NCBI GenBank assembly: GCA_943788985.1
Contig: CALSSJ010000040.1
Span: forward strand, 1-19,427
Length of the DNA stretch: 19,427 nucleotides
Source: an uncultured Lentisphaerales bacterium
GTDB lineage: Bacteria > Verrucomicrobiota > Lentisphaeria > JABSQK01 > UBA12247
Direction: 5' to 3'
The number at the start of each line of letters is the position of its first letter. Within the stretch, counting starts at the first letter, position 1. Under the pieces are notes generated by a model, which had not been told where the DNA came from, searched no databases, and worked only from the letters and a program-made list of their open reading frames with translations. Positions 1 through 9,311 of this stretch are shown one piece after another. The translations under genes were made by a program, and so were the position numbers.

Positions 1-1
1 C

Positions 2-679
2 GTCAAGGCCAACTCCGGGAAACCACAAGTTGCCTACCGCGAGTCAATTTCTCGACCAGCCACCGGTGAGGCCACGTTCGACCGGGTCATGGCAGGTACC
101 GTCCAGTTTGCCAGAGTCTCTATTTCCATAGAACCACTGGACCGTGGCGCGGGAACGAGCATTCGTACCCGCTTGCCGAAAAAAAGCGTGCCCCAAGAAT
201 TTCATACCTCAATCGAGGCGGGAATCATGGACGCAGCAATGACCGGCATCCTAGGCGGCAACGCTCTGGTAGATTTTAAGGTGGAAGTAATCGGGGGGGA
301 AGCCCATCCCGATCATTCTACCGAGATTGCTTTTAAGGTGGCTGGATCTATGGCATTTCGCGCGGCGGCGCAGAATGCTGGACCGATCCTACTAGAACCC
401 ATCATGAAACTCGAGGTGTCCGCACCCGAGGAACACGTCGGAGATGTCATCTCAGACGTAAATGCGCGCCGTGGCCAGGTTCTCAACGTAGAGGCCGAAC
501 CCACAGCGAGCATGATCACCGCCCGAGTGCCGCTGGCAGAGCTTTTTGGCTACGCTACTGCACTCAGGTCCCTCACCAGGGGACGAGCACACCATACTAT
601 GGAACCCTCGCACTTTGAGCAAGTACCGCCCGAAGTGCAGGAAAAACTATGCGATTACTCGAGGAGACTCACCGCATGA
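2..679 (+). CDS. fusA: Elongation factor G, C-terminal part (domains IV-V); 5'-partial, divergent
   Basis: Frame is open from base 2 ([16 protein letters not shown]...). Domain IV/V motifs: [57 protein letters not shown]. Stop overlaps the rpsJ start (ATGA). Confidence 0.95.
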   Translation, partial: VKANSGKPQVAYRESISRPATGEATFDRVMAGTVQFARVSISIEPLDRGAGTSIRTRLPKKSVPQEFHTSIEAGIMDAAMTGILGGNALVDFKVEVIGGEAHPDHSTEIAFKVAGSMAFRAAAQNAGPILLEPIMKLEVSAPEEHVGDVISDVNARRGQVLNVEAEPTASMITARVPLAELFGYATALRSLTRGRAHHTMEPSHFEQVPPEVQEKLCDYSRRLTA

Positions 680-984
680 GCCAAGAAAGAATACGGATTA
701 GACTCCAAGGCTACGACCATCGTGTCTTGGATAAGTCAACTAAGGAGATTGTGCTAACTGCACGCCGCACTGGCGCTGTCGTTGCAGGCCCAATCCCACT
801 GCCTACACGGATTGAGCGTGTCACAGTTAACCGCTCTCCGCACGTAAATAAAAAGTCAATGGAGCAGTTCGAGACGCGCACGCACAGCCGTCTGCTCGAC
901 ATCCTGCAGCCCACCGCGCAGACCGTCGATGACCTCAAGAAGCTGAACCTCCCGGCTGGTGTTGATATCGCGATCAAGATCTGA
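676..984 (+). CDS. rpsJ: 30S ribosomal protein S10 (uS10)
   Basis: [53 protein letters not shown] at 676 with GAGGAG at 661-666; the ORF track start at 649 is too early. Confidence 0.98.
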   Translation: MSQERIRIRLQGYDHRVLDKSTKEIVLTARRTGAVVAGPIPLPTRIERVTVNRSPHVNKKSMEQFETRTHSRLLDILQPTAQTVDDLKKLNLPAGVDIAIKI

Positions 985-1028
985 TCGGAATTGACCACAA
1001 CGAAAATTTCAGACAATAGGAGACCCTA

Positions 1029-1661
1029 ATGAAAGGGCTTATTGGCAAGAAAATAGGCATGACACAAGTTTGGGACGAGAGCGGCAAGTTCATCCCCGTC
1101 ACTGTCATCGAAGTAGGGCCGTGCACAGTCATCGCCCATCGCACCGAAGAACGCGACGGCTACAGCGCCGTTCAGCTGGGCTACGGTATTCGTAAACTTA
1201 GTAATGTCAGCAAGGCAGTACGCAATCATATCGCTGCAGCCAACTATGACGATCACGCACCGATGTGGATTCGCGAACTACGCACACCTGCCGATCCCGA
1301 CGCCGAAGTGGGCAGCCAGCTGCTCGCGGACGTCTTCGCGACAGGCGAGTTTGTAGACGTCACCGGCACGATGAAGGGCCGCGGTTTCCAAGGCGTAGTC
1401 AAACGCTACAGATTTGGCGGCGGTCGCGCTAGCCATGGTGGCGGCTGGACACGTCGTCCCGGTTCCATCGGTATGTGTGTCAACCCAGGTAAGGTCTACA
1501 AAGGCCGCAAGATGCCAGGGCAGATGGGCAACGTGAAGCGCACCGTGCAGAATTTGCAGGTTGTGCAGGTTCGTAAAGACGACAACGTCATCTTGGTCAA
1601 GGGCTCGATCCCGGGTCCAAATGGCCAATGTGTCGTCGTCCGCCAGGCGAAAAAGAAGTAA
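1029..1661 (+). CDS. rplC: 50S ribosomal protein L3 (uL3)
   Basis: GLIGKKIGMTQ, PVTVIE, DGYSAVQLG, KGRGFQGVVKR, KGRKMPGQMG, VKGSIPG; AGGAG ribosome-binding site upstream. Confidence 0.98.
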   Translation: MKGLIGKKIGMTQVWDESGKFIPVTVIEVGPCTVIAHRTEERDGYSAVQLGYGIRKLSNVSKAVRNHIAAANYDDHAPMWIRELRTPADPDAEVGSQLLADVFATGEFVDVTGTMKGRGFQGVVKRYRFGGGRASHGGGWTRRPGSIGMCVNPGKVYKGRKMPGQMGNVKRTVQNLQVVQVRKDDNVILVKGSIPGPNGQCVVVRQAKKK

Positions 1662-1679
1662 GGGTAGGAAATAATTATC

Positions 1680-2588
1680 ATGACTACACTACCTGTGATC
1701 AACCAGGCCGGAGACTCTGTCGGACAGATCGATGTCCCCCAGTCCTGGGTTGAACAAGAGCGTGGCGAGCAAGCCCTCAAAGACGCTATCGTTGCCCACC
1801 TCGGCGCAGTTCGCGCTGGTACGGCCAAAACCAAAGTTCGCAGTGAAGTGCGTGCGACTGGTGCTAAGCCATACCGGCAGAAAGGCACAGGCCGTGCTCG
1901 TGCCGGTAGCACCACCAGTCCGATCTGGCGTGGTGGCGGCACCGTATTTGGGCCCATCCCGCGCAGCTTTGGAAAAAAGGTGAACAAGAAAGTCCAGAAG
2001 CTCGCATTGCGACGCGCCCTGGGCGATCGCATCGCCGAAGGCGCTGTGAAAGTTCTCGACACCCTCGCGTTCGAAGCACCACGCACCAAAGAAATGACCG
2101 CCCTGCTCGGCACCATCGGTGTCAACCAGAATGCGCTCATTCTCACTGGCGAACATGAGTACAACGTTGAGCTGGCCAGCCGCAACCTCCCGAAGGTGAA
2201 CGCGCTTCCAGAAAGCTTCACTAACGTCTACCAGCTTCTCCTGCACGAGACCGTGATCTTCACGCGTTCCGCGCTCGAACAGCTTGGGGCACGCATTGCT
2301 GACTCCGCCCCGCCGAAGGCCGAAGCCACCCCAGCACCTGTTGCAGCCGCACCAGTTGTTGAGGAAATCGCTGAAGCTCCCGTCGAGGAAGTCGTCGAGG
2401 AAGCAGCCGAAGCTCCTGTCGTCGAAGAAGCAGCCGAAGCTCCTGTCGTCGAAGAAGTTGCCGAAGCTCCCGCCGAGGAAGCAGCCCCCGAGGTTGCCGA
2501 TTCCGCAGGAGAGAGTAGCGGCGCATCCAAGCTGTCTGACAGCGTGAAGCGTAGCACTGAAGCCGCAGAAGACGAAGGCGAAGCCTAA
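1680..2588 (+). CDS. rplD: 50S ribosomal protein L4 (uL4) with ~95-aa Ala/Glu/Pro/Val-rich C-terminal extension
   Basis: GTAKTKVRSEV, KPYRQKGTGRARAGS, PIWRGGGTVFGP, ASRNLP. The core ends near aa 207 and is followed by a low-complexity acidic tail. Confidence 0.97.
   Translation: MTTLPVINQAGDSVGQIDVPQSWVEQERGEQALKDAIVAHLGAVRAGTAKTKVRSEVRATGAKPYRQKGTGRARAGSTTSPIWRGGGTVFGPIPRSFGKKVNKKVQKLALRRALGDRIAEGAVKVLDTLAFEAPRTKEMTALLGTIGVNQNALILTGEHEYNVELASRNLPKVNALPESFTNVYQLLLHETVIFTRSALEQLGARIADSAPPKAEATPAPVAAAPVVEEIAEAPVEEVVEEAAEAPVVEEAAEAPVVEEVAEAPAEEAAPEVADSAGESSGASKLSDSVKRSTEAAEDEGEA
2350..2490 (+). repeat. Intragenic ~27-nt tandem repeat encoding EAAEAPVVE-type units
   Basis: GAAGCAGCCGAAGCTCCTGTCGTCGAA occurs exactly twice (2400-2426, 2427-2453), with degenerate copies on both sides. 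Confidence 0.9.
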
Positions 2589-2614
2589 GTCCGTCACAAC
2601 GGAGAGTCCCTGAG

Positions 2615-2896
2615 ATGACCAATCCATATCAGATCATCAAGACCGTCTCACTGACGGAAAAAAGTCAGGCTATGGGCGAGGAAAATAAGTACGCATTTAT
2701 CGTACATCCCCGCTCCAATAAGCAGGACATCAAAGAGGCAGTGCAGTTCCTGTTCGACCGCAAGGTCAAATCAGTGAACGTTATGAACCGCCTCGGCAAG
2801 AAAAAGCGCAATCGCCAAGGGTTTGGCAGGCGGGCTAACTTCAAGAAAGCGGTTGTCACTCTCGCCGATGGCGAGCAGGCGATCGACCTCTACTGA
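2615..2896 (+). CDS. rplW: 50S ribosomal protein L23 (uL23)
   Basis: LTEKS, NKYAFIV, NKQDIKEAVQFLF, VKSVN, FKKAVVTL; syntenic position. Confidence 0.97.
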   Translation: MTNPYQIIKTVSLTEKSQAMGEENKYAFIVHPRSNKQDIKEAVQFLFDRKVKSVNVMNRLGKKKRNRQGFGRRANFKKAVVTLADGEQAIDLY

Positions 2897-2916
2897 TTCA
2901 CGCAAGGTTATAGACA

Positions 2917-3750
2917 ATGCCAGTAAAACGTTACAATCCAACGACGCCCTCGCGGCGACACATGGCCGTCTCGGACTTTGCGGAACTCACCCGCACAAGC
3001 CCCGAGAGGAAGCTGACCAAAGGTAAGAAGAGTACCGGCGGTCGGAACTCCAGCGGTAAGATGACCACCCGTTTTCGCGGTGGTGGCCACAAACGACGTC
3101 ATCGTCTCGTGGACTTCAAGCGTGACAAGGTCGACGTCACCGCCAAGGTCGCTCACATTGAGTATGATCCCAACCGCAGCGCCCGGCTCGCACTTCTGCA
3201 CTACGCAGATGGCGAGAAACGCTACATCCTGGCCCCCGCCGGGCTCAAGGTTGGCGAACACGTCATCAGCAGCCGCAAGGAGATCGAATTCAAGGTTGGC
3301 AACACCATGCCGATCCAATTCATTCCGACCGGCCTGACCTTGCACAACATTGAGATGATGCCTGGCAAGGGTGGTACCCTCGCCCGTGCAGCTGGTCAAG
3401 GCGCGACACTTCGTGCCAAGGACGGCGACTACGCACAGATCAAGCTGCCCAGCGGCGAGATCCGTTTGGTCCATACCAGCTGCCTCGCCACAATCGGTGC
3501 AGTTGGCAACTCAGACCATCAGAAGCAGCGCCTCGGCAAAGCCGGCAAAAAGCGCTACCTCGGTCGTCGCCCGCATGTTCGTGGTGTTGCCATGAACCCG
3601 GTTGACCATCCCATGGGTGGTGGTGAAGGTCGTTCCAGTGGTGGCGGTCATCCGCAATCGCCATGGGGCCAGCTCTCCAAGGGCTTCCGCACTCGTGCGC
3701 GGTCCAAGCCGTCTAACAAATTCATCGTTGAACGCCGGAGTAAAAAGTAG
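2917..3750 (+). CDS. rplB: 50S ribosomal protein L2 (uL2)
   Basis: [46 protein letters not shown]. Confidence 0.99.
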   Translation: MPVKRYNPTTPSRRHMAVSDFAELTRTSPERKLTKGKKSTGGRNSSGKMTTRFRGGGHKRRHRLVDFKRDKVDVTAKVAHIEYDPNRSARLALLHYADGEKRYILAPAGLKVGEHVISSRKEIEFKVGNTMPIQFIPTGLTLHNIEMMPGKGGTLARAAGQGATLRAKDGDYAQIKLPSGEIRLVHTSCLATIGAVGNSDHQKQRLGKAGKKRYLGRRPHVRGVAMNPVDHPMGGGEGRSSGGGHPQSPWGQLSKGFRTRARSKPSNKFIVERRSKK

Positions 3751-3751
3751 C

Positions 3752-4021
3752 ATGGCACGTTCTATCAAAAAAGGCCCGTTCTACGACGAGCATCTCATGA
3801 AAAAAGTTGAGAAAGCAAACCAGACTGGCGACAAGAAGCCGATCAAGACTTGGAGCCGTCGCTCCATGATCATGCCCGAATTCGTCAATCATCGCTTTCT
3901 CGTACACAATGGCCGCACCTTCTACGAAGTCTTCGTGACTGAGAACATGGTTGGTCATCGTCTCGGCGAATTCTCACCGACCCGCGTATTCCGTTCCCAC
4001 GGCGCGATCTCCGGTAAGTAA
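3752..4021 (+). CDS. rpsS: 30S ribosomal protein S19 (uS19)
   Basis: [39 protein letters not shown]. True ATG at 3752, inside track ORF 3602..4021. Confidence 0.98.
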   Translation: MARSIKKGPFYDEHLMKKVEKANQTGDKKPIKTWSRRSMIMPEFVNHRFLVHNGRTFYEVFVTENMVGHRLGEFSPTRVFRSHGAISGK

Positions 4022-4054
4022 TTCCGCTTTTCGTGCGCTCTGGCGCACGGAGAC

Positions 4055-4090
4055 AAAGGAGGCCCCGCTTCGGCAGGGCCTCCTTTTTTT
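4055..4090 (+). terminator. Rho-independent terminator after rpsS
   Basis: AAAGGAGGCCC-CGC-TTCG-GCA-GGGCCTCC-TTTTTTT: long GC-rich stem, C(UUCG)G loop and T7 tract. A second hairpin CGTGCGC-TCTG-GCGCACG (4032-4049) precedes it. Confidence 0.92.
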
Positions 4091-4290
4091 GTGCCCGGAC
4101 GGCACCGAATCATGCATTCGGACTACTTGCAATCAGGACTAATCCGCCTGAGACCATCGGCCGGCTCTCTTCTCGCGGTAGACCGACCTCCACAGCGCTC
4201 GAAGGCCCGGAGAACCGTTCCGATCAGTCGGCTCAAGACTGATCAGTCCGATAATATCCCCTCCCCTGCCTGACGCCACGCCAGCGAGGC

Positions 4291-5064
4291 TCAGCGATCG
4301 TGAATCACGACCGTCCCGCCCGAAATCCGCACATCCGCCACAGGGTCACCATTCGCATTGAGGCAGAAACTCTTCTCTCGATCGGGCCGAATCGTCGTGT
4401 TCCCGTCCCGCAGCGCGCGCATCTTAAATGAGGCGACCGCCCCTCCGGGTGAGCGATGCGTCGCCTTGGCCCCGGGCAGCGCCGTCGCGATCAGAATCAT
4501 CCGCCGCTGCTCGTCCTTTGCATAGAACTCCGGCTTGCCAATAAAGCAGCCGCCGACGCTAGTTGCGGAGTTCGCAACATAGGTCAGCATCTCTGGATCG
4601 TATTCCATCAACAACGAAAGCGTCATCAGCGCTGGCGCCTGTAGCAGAACCCGAATCTCAAGCTCCTCGCCGATCCCAATACTATGGTCACCAATATCCA
4701 TCGCCACCGGCAGTTCAGCCTCCTGCAAGTCGCGAGGCGTCCAGCCCCCGAGCGGCCCATCCTCAATCGGCACATCCAACTGGCTCTCATCTACCGTCAC
4801 GGCCTGCGGCTGCCGAGGCGGCGTCCGCTTACCGCTTTCTGCGCCTGTCGCCGCTACTCCGGCAGGCTCAGCAGTTGACTCCTCAAGCGTAGGACTAGCT
4901 GCCGGAGCCGCAGGCTTGGCTTCTGGTGCAGGGTCAGCACCAGCCGTCGGAGCCTTCCCCGCCTCACCAGGTGGCTGAGGCGGCCCTCCCCCATCCAGCA
5001 GGAAGAGGAAGAGCGCCGCCACCAATGCGATCGCGACACAGCCGATAGCTACATTGCGCATCAT
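4291..5064 (-). CDS. Membrane-anchored protein with Pro/Ala-rich linker and C-terminal cohesin-like beta-sandwich domain
   Basis: N-terminal hydrophobic helix (VAIGCVAIALVAALFLFLL) and P/A/E linker. C-terminal pattern GEELEIRV..LLMEYDPEMLTYV..GGAVASFKMRALRDGNTTI..GGTVVI resembles cohesin domains. Confidence 0.7.
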   Translation of the reverse strand: MMRNVAIGCVAIALVAALFLFLLDGGGPPQPPGEAGKAPTAGADPAPEAKPAAPAASPTLEESTAEPAGVAATGAESGKRTPPRQPQAVTVDESQLDVPIEDGPLGGWTPRDLQEAELPVAMDIGDHSIGIGEELEIRVLLQAPALMTLSLLMEYDPEMLTYVANSATSVGGCFIGKPEFYAKDEQRRMILIATALPGAKATHRSPGGAVASFKMRALRDGNTTIRPDREKSFCLNANGDPVADVRISGGTVVIHDR

Positions 5065-5065
5065 C

Positions 5066-5704
5066 TTACTGACCGCGCGCGGCCCATTCGATGCCGTTCA
5101 GACTCATCTCGAAGACGTCTGGGTAATCGCGCAGCTCCTGCGTGGCATGCCCGAGCGCCGAGTAAAAGACACGGCCCTCGCCCCAGCTCTTGGTCCAGAT
5201 CGCCGGATGGCGCACCACCTGTCCATCATGGCGATAGATCGTATCCGCCAGCACCCGTAGGCCGGGATCGACCAGCATGTAATACTGCTCCGATTTGTAG
5301 GAGAATGAATCCGGCAGATCTACCGTGATCGGGCTCGTCTCCTGCGTCAGCGTAACGGTGTACTCGCCCACGTGCGGATGACCGACAAACTGCCCACCCA
5401 CCATCCACTGGTAAGTAAGCTCCTGACGAAACGCATCGCTCATGTTGTGGATTCCGCCCAGACCTACGCCAGAGCGCACTGCTTCTGCCAGCCCGTTGCA
5501 CTCTTCCGCCTTCATCTCGCCCATCGTCCAACACGGAACGATCACATCATACTGCTTCAGTCCTTCGACATCCGCCAGCGGCTCTGTAGAGTTGACTAGC
5601 TCAGTCGTCCAGCCGCGCTTCTGCAATCCCTCAGAAAGGTAGTTTGCCGTTTCTTCGGGTGTGTGACCGGGCCAGCCGCCCCAGAAAATCAATGCCTTGC
5701 TCAT
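5066..5704 (-). CDS. ThuA-like (class I glutamine amidotransferase-like fold) protein
   Basis: KALIFWGGWPGH, YDVIVPCWTMG, GVGLGGIH, GGQFVGHP, SEQYY, WTKSWGEGRVFYSALGH. GAAGGAGG before the ATG at 5704 favours it over the track start at 5722. Confidence 0.88.
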   Translation of the reverse strand: MSKALIFWGGWPGHTPEETANYLSEGLQKRGWTTELVNSTEPLADVEGLKQYDVIVPCWTMGEMKAEECNGLAEAVRSGVGLGGIHNMSDAFRQELTYQWMVGGQFVGHPHVGEYTVTLTQETSPITVDLPDSFSYKSEQYYMLVDPGLRVLADTIYRHDGQVVRHPAIWTKSWGEGRVFYSALGHATQELRDYPDVFEMSLNGIEWAARGQ

Positions 5705-5734
5705 TTCTGAATCCTCCTTCATTTAAAAAACGCA

Positions 5735-5750
5735 GTGAAACATTTTTCAC
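5735..5750. promoter_or_regulatory. Palindromic candidate operator in the divergent ThuA-like/UbiA-like intergenic region
   Basis: GTGAAA-CATT-TTTCAC. It lies just downstream of a minus-strand TTGACT (5757-5762); plus-strand TACAAT at 5773-5778. Confidence 0.35.
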
Positions 5751-5805
5751 AGGCGCAGTCAATGCCGCGCTGTACAATTCTACAACTATCCGGTGACAAT
5801 CAAAC

Positions 5806-6588
5806 ATGGGAATTGCCAGCTCGCTGATCGATGTAGTCCGTGCCCACTGCCTACTCCCTGCCCTGGCTGTCGTCGCGCTGACCGTCGGCCTCGATGGCGA
5901 CCTGCGGCTGGGATTGCCCGAGGCAGTCGCATTCTGCGGAATGGTCCTCGTCTACAACCTCGACCAGCAATACGCCGATCCCGCGGATCTCGCGAACGCC
6001 CCCCACCGCACCTGCTGGCGCAAAACCTACCGCCGGTCTCGCCTTATCCTGATGGCTGCGGCCGGAGCTGGCCTGCTGGCCGTCGCGGTGCGCACTCCGC
6101 AACTTGCCCTCCCACTCGTCCTCGGCGCCCTTGCCGCAGCACTCTATGTCCTGCCCGCTTGCGGAGTCCGCATAAAGGATCTGCCCGCGGTAAAAACCCT
6201 CTACCCGCCCCTGATTCTTGCCGCCGCTATACTTGGCCCGAATTCCTGGCTTGTCGGATCCTTCCCCAGCCCATACCTGATCGCCTGGTGCTACCTATTC
6301 CTGCTAATGAACGTTTGGCTGTTCGACCTGCGCGATATTGAAGGCGACCGCACCGCTGGTGTCCGAACGCTCGCTGTCCTGGTCGGTCCCGCCTGGAGTC
6401 GGGGCCTTCTGTTTGGCGTAGCCTTTGTCGCCATGCTGATGGGATTTACCCTAGGCACCCACTACCATTCGGCGGCCCCGATTGCCGCTTCAGTAGTCGC
6501 GCTGGGATACACCAAAGAGCGGACCTGGCTCTACTACGAACTAGTCGTAGACGGAATCCTTCTGCTTCCTCTTCTCATGTTGGAGTAA
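5806..6588 (+). CDS. UbiA-superfamily prenyltransferase-like membrane protein
   Basis: Multiple TM segments, with Asp-rich motifs VYNLDQ..D.AD, RIKDLPAVK and FDLRDIEGDRTAGVRTLAV. Confidence 0.85.
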   Translation: MGIASSLIDVVRAHCLLPALAVVALTVGLDGDLRLGLPEAVAFCGMVLVYNLDQQYADPADLANAPHRTCWRKTYRRSRLILMAAAGAGLLAVAVRTPQLALPLVLGALAAALYVLPACGVRIKDLPAVKTLYPPLILAAAILGPNSWLVGSFPSPYLIAWCYLFLLMNVWLFDLRDIEGDRTAGVRTLAVLVGPAWSRGLLFGVAFVAMLMGFTLGTHYHSAAPIAASVVALGYTKERTWLYYELVVDGILLLPLLMLE

Positions 6589-6655
6589 GCATCGGAAACC
6601 AGTACCTGTACCGACTTAATTTTTCAAAAATTCAAGCCTTAAACTGGAGTGCGAC

Positions 6656-9310
6656 ATGAGCCATCCATTAGATGCAATTCAAGTAATTGACACACCTCTC
6701 GGCCCGAAGAAGATCTGCCGCCTTGACGTGTTGGGCGATCTCAGCCACCTCCCCTACAGCATTAAGATCCTACTCGAGTCCTGCCTGCGCAACCTCGATA
6801 ACTACATCGTCACGCAAGCCCACGTAGATGCCCTGAAGAACTACCAGGCGACGTCCGTTGGCGAACAGGAAATTGCCTTCAAGCCGGGCCGCGTGGTCCT
6901 TCAGGATTTCACCGGTGTTCCAGCAGTCGTCGACCTTGCCGCCATGCGCGCTGCAGTCGTCCGCATGACTGGCCGTGAAGACTCCGCGGACAAGGTCAAC
7001 CCGCTGGTTCCCTGTGACCTGGTGATCGACCACTCCGTGCAGGTCGATGCCTTCGCCAGCGCCAACGCTGAATCCATCAATGCCAAGCTCGAGTTCGAGC
7101 GCAACAACGAGCGCTATCAGTTTCTCAAGTGGGGCCAGCAAGCGTTCGACAACTTCCGCGTCGTGCCACCCGCCACTGGTATTGTTCACCAAGTGAACCT
7201 CGAGTACTTGGCCAAGGTCGTCTGGGACACTGATGACGTCCTGCATCCCGACAGCCTCGTCGGCACCGACAGCCATACCACCATGATCAACGGCCTGGGC
7301 GTTCTCGGCTGGGGCGTCGGCGGCATTGAGGCTGAAGCAGTCATGCTCGGCCAGCCCATCTATATGCTCATTCCAGACGTCGTCGGCGTCAAGCTTACCG
7401 GCACCCTCGCTGAGGGCTGTACTGCCACCGACCTCGTACTCACCCTCACCGAAATGTTGCGCGCCCACGGCGTCGTCGGCAAGTTTGTCGAGTTCTTCGG
7501 ACCTGGCCTCGAGAACATGCCACTGGCCAACCGCGCGACCATCGCCAACATGGCTCCAGAATATGGTGCCACCATGGGCTTCTTCCCCGTAGACGAGCAG
7601 ACTACCCGCTATCTGGAGCTCTCCGGCCGCGATAAGGCACTCATCGAAACGGTCGAGTTGTATAGTAAGGAACAAGGCCTCTGGCGCGACGACAGCAACG
7701 ACATCGCCTACTCCTCCCAGATCTCGCTCGACATGGGCACCGTCCAGCCCTCCCTTGCTGGCCCCAAGCGCCCGCAGGATCGCATCGAGCTGTCCGCCAT
7801 GCAATCCACCTGGCTCGAAGCGCACAAGACCACCTTTGGCAAAGCGCAGGTAGACGAAGGCAACACCTCCTTTAAGGATGCGGACTTCGCACTCAAGGAT
7901 GGCGCAGTGGTCATCGCCGCCATCACCAGCTGCACCAACACCAGCAATCCCAGCGTCATGATTGGTGCTGGCCTCGTCGCCCGCAAGGCTGCGGCGCTGG
8001 GCCTGACCAGCAAGCCATGGGTGAAGACCTCCCTGGCTCCGGGCTCGCAAGTCGTCTCCGCCTACCTGCGTGCCGCCGACCTCATCGGTGACCTCGAAGC
8101 CCTCGGCTTCCACACCGTCGGCTACGGCTGCACCACCTGTATCGGCAACTCCGGCCCACTGCCAGACCCGATCCGCAAGACCATCCATGCCAACGACTTG
8201 GTCGCTTGCAGCGTACTCAGCGGAAACCGCAACTTCGAAGGCCGCATCGGTCCCGACATCAAGGCCAACTACCTCGCCTCACCGCCATTGGTCGTAGCCT
8301 ACGCCATCGCTGGTACTGTTGACATCGACCTGGCAAACGATCCAATCGCCCAGGATCGTGACGGCAACGACGTCTATCTGCGCGACATCTGGCCTTCTCA
8401 GGAAGAGGTTGCCGCAGTCGTCGCCAGCTCCGTCACCCGCGAGCAGTTTCTCGACAAGTACTCCGACGTCTTCCGGGGCCCGGCGGCTTGGCAGGCAATC
8501 GCCAGCTCCGAAGGTGCCCTGTATGACTGGGTCGACGCCAGCACCTACGTCCAAGAGCCGCCATTCTTCGTCGGCCTCGATCCAGAGGTAACTCCGATCT
8601 CCGCGATCCAGAATGCCCGTTGCCTGGCCAAGCTTGGCGACTCAGTCACCACCGATCACATCAGCCCAGCTGGTGCGATCAAAGCTGACACCCCCGCTGG
8701 CAAGTACCTCACCGACAACGGCGTGGAGCAGGCGATGTTCAACAGCTACGGCTCGCGCCGCGGCAACGATCGCGTCATGACCCGTGGCACCTTCGCCAAT
8801 GTGCGCGTGCGCAATCAGCTCGCACCTGGCACTGAGGGCGGCTACACCACCGACTTCACCACCGGCGAAGTCACCTTTATTCACGATGCAGCGCAAAGCT
8901 ACAAAGCAGCGGGCACGCCGCTCGTTGTGCTCGCCGGAAAAGACTACGGCATGGGCAGCAGCCGCGACTGGGCCGCCAAAGGCACCTATTTACTGGGCGT
9001 CCGCGCGGTGATCTCCGAAAGCTACGAGCGCATTCACCGCAGCAATCTGGTCGGCATGGGCGTCCTGCCCTTGTGCTACCAGAATGGCGACACTGCCGAC
9101 TCCTTGGGCCTCGACGGCACCGAGAGCTTCAGCGTCGAAATCGATGACTCACTCGAGCCACGGCAGGACGTCACCGTCACCGCCGCGCGCGCGGACGGGA
9201 CTACCGTATCGTTCGTGACCATCTGTCGAATCGATACCCCGGTCGAGGTCGACTACTATCGCAACGGCGGCATCCTGCATACTGTCCTGCGCGCCATGGC
9301 TGCTGAGTAG
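6656..9310 (+). CDS. acnA: Aconitate hydratase A
   Basis: [45 protein letters not shown]; cluster Cys in [10 protein letters not shown] and [29 protein letters not shown]. Confidence 0.98.
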   Translation: MSHPLDAIQVIDTPLGPKKICRLDVLGDLSHLPYSIKILLESCLRNLDNYIVTQAHVDALKNYQATSVGEQEIAFKPGRVVLQDFTGVPAVVDLAAMRAAVVRMTGREDSADKVNPLVPCDLVIDHSVQVDAFASANAESINAKLEFERNNERYQFLKWGQQAFDNFRVVPPATGIVHQVNLEYLAKVVWDTDDVLHPDSLVGTDSHTTMINGLGVLGWGVGGIEAEAVMLGQPIYMLIPDVVGVKLTGTLAEGCTATDLVLTLTEMLRAHGVVGKFVEFFGPGLENMPLANRATIANMAPEYGATMGFFPVDEQTTRYLELSGRDKALIETVELYSKEQGLWRDDSNDIAYSSQISLDMGTVQPSLAGPKRPQDRIELSAMQSTWLEAHKTTFGKAQVDEGNTSFKDADFALKDGAVVIAAITSCTNTSNPSVMIGAGLVARKAAALGLTSKPWVKTSLAPGSQVVSAYLRAADLIGDLEALGFHTVGYGCTTCIGNSGPLPDPIRKTIHANDLVACSVLSGNRNFEGRIGPDIKANYLASPPLVVAYAIAGTVDIDLANDPIAQDRDGNDVYLRDIWPSQEEVAAVVASSVTREQFLDKYSDVFRGPAAWQAIASSEGALYDWVDASTYVQEPPFFVGLDPEVTPISAIQNARCLAKLGDSVTTDHISPAGAIKADTPAGKYLTDNGVEQAMFNSYGSRRGNDRVMTRGTFANVRVRNQLAPGTEGGYTTDFTTGEVTFIHDAAQSYKAAGTPLVVLAGKDYGMGSSRDWAAKGTYLLGVRAVISESYERIHRSNLVGMGVLPLCYQNGDTADSLGLDGTESFSVEIDDSLEPRQDVTVTAARADGTTVSFVTICRIDTPVEVDYYRNGGILHTVLRAMAAE

Positions 9311-9311
9311 C

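Noticed and set aside
2350..2490. Tandem repeats as a possible CRISPR array
   Set aside because: They are in-frame coding repeats without unique spacers, and no cas genes are present.
3592..3630. uL2 DHPMGGG instead of DHPHGGG
   Set aside because: A common natural variant; the key His of DHP is retained.
6770..8188. 472-aa minus-strand ORF inside acnA, and similar long antisense ORFs (1689-2627, 17267-18373)
   Set aside because: Antisense shadows of GC-rich, codon-biased genes; no recognisable motifs.
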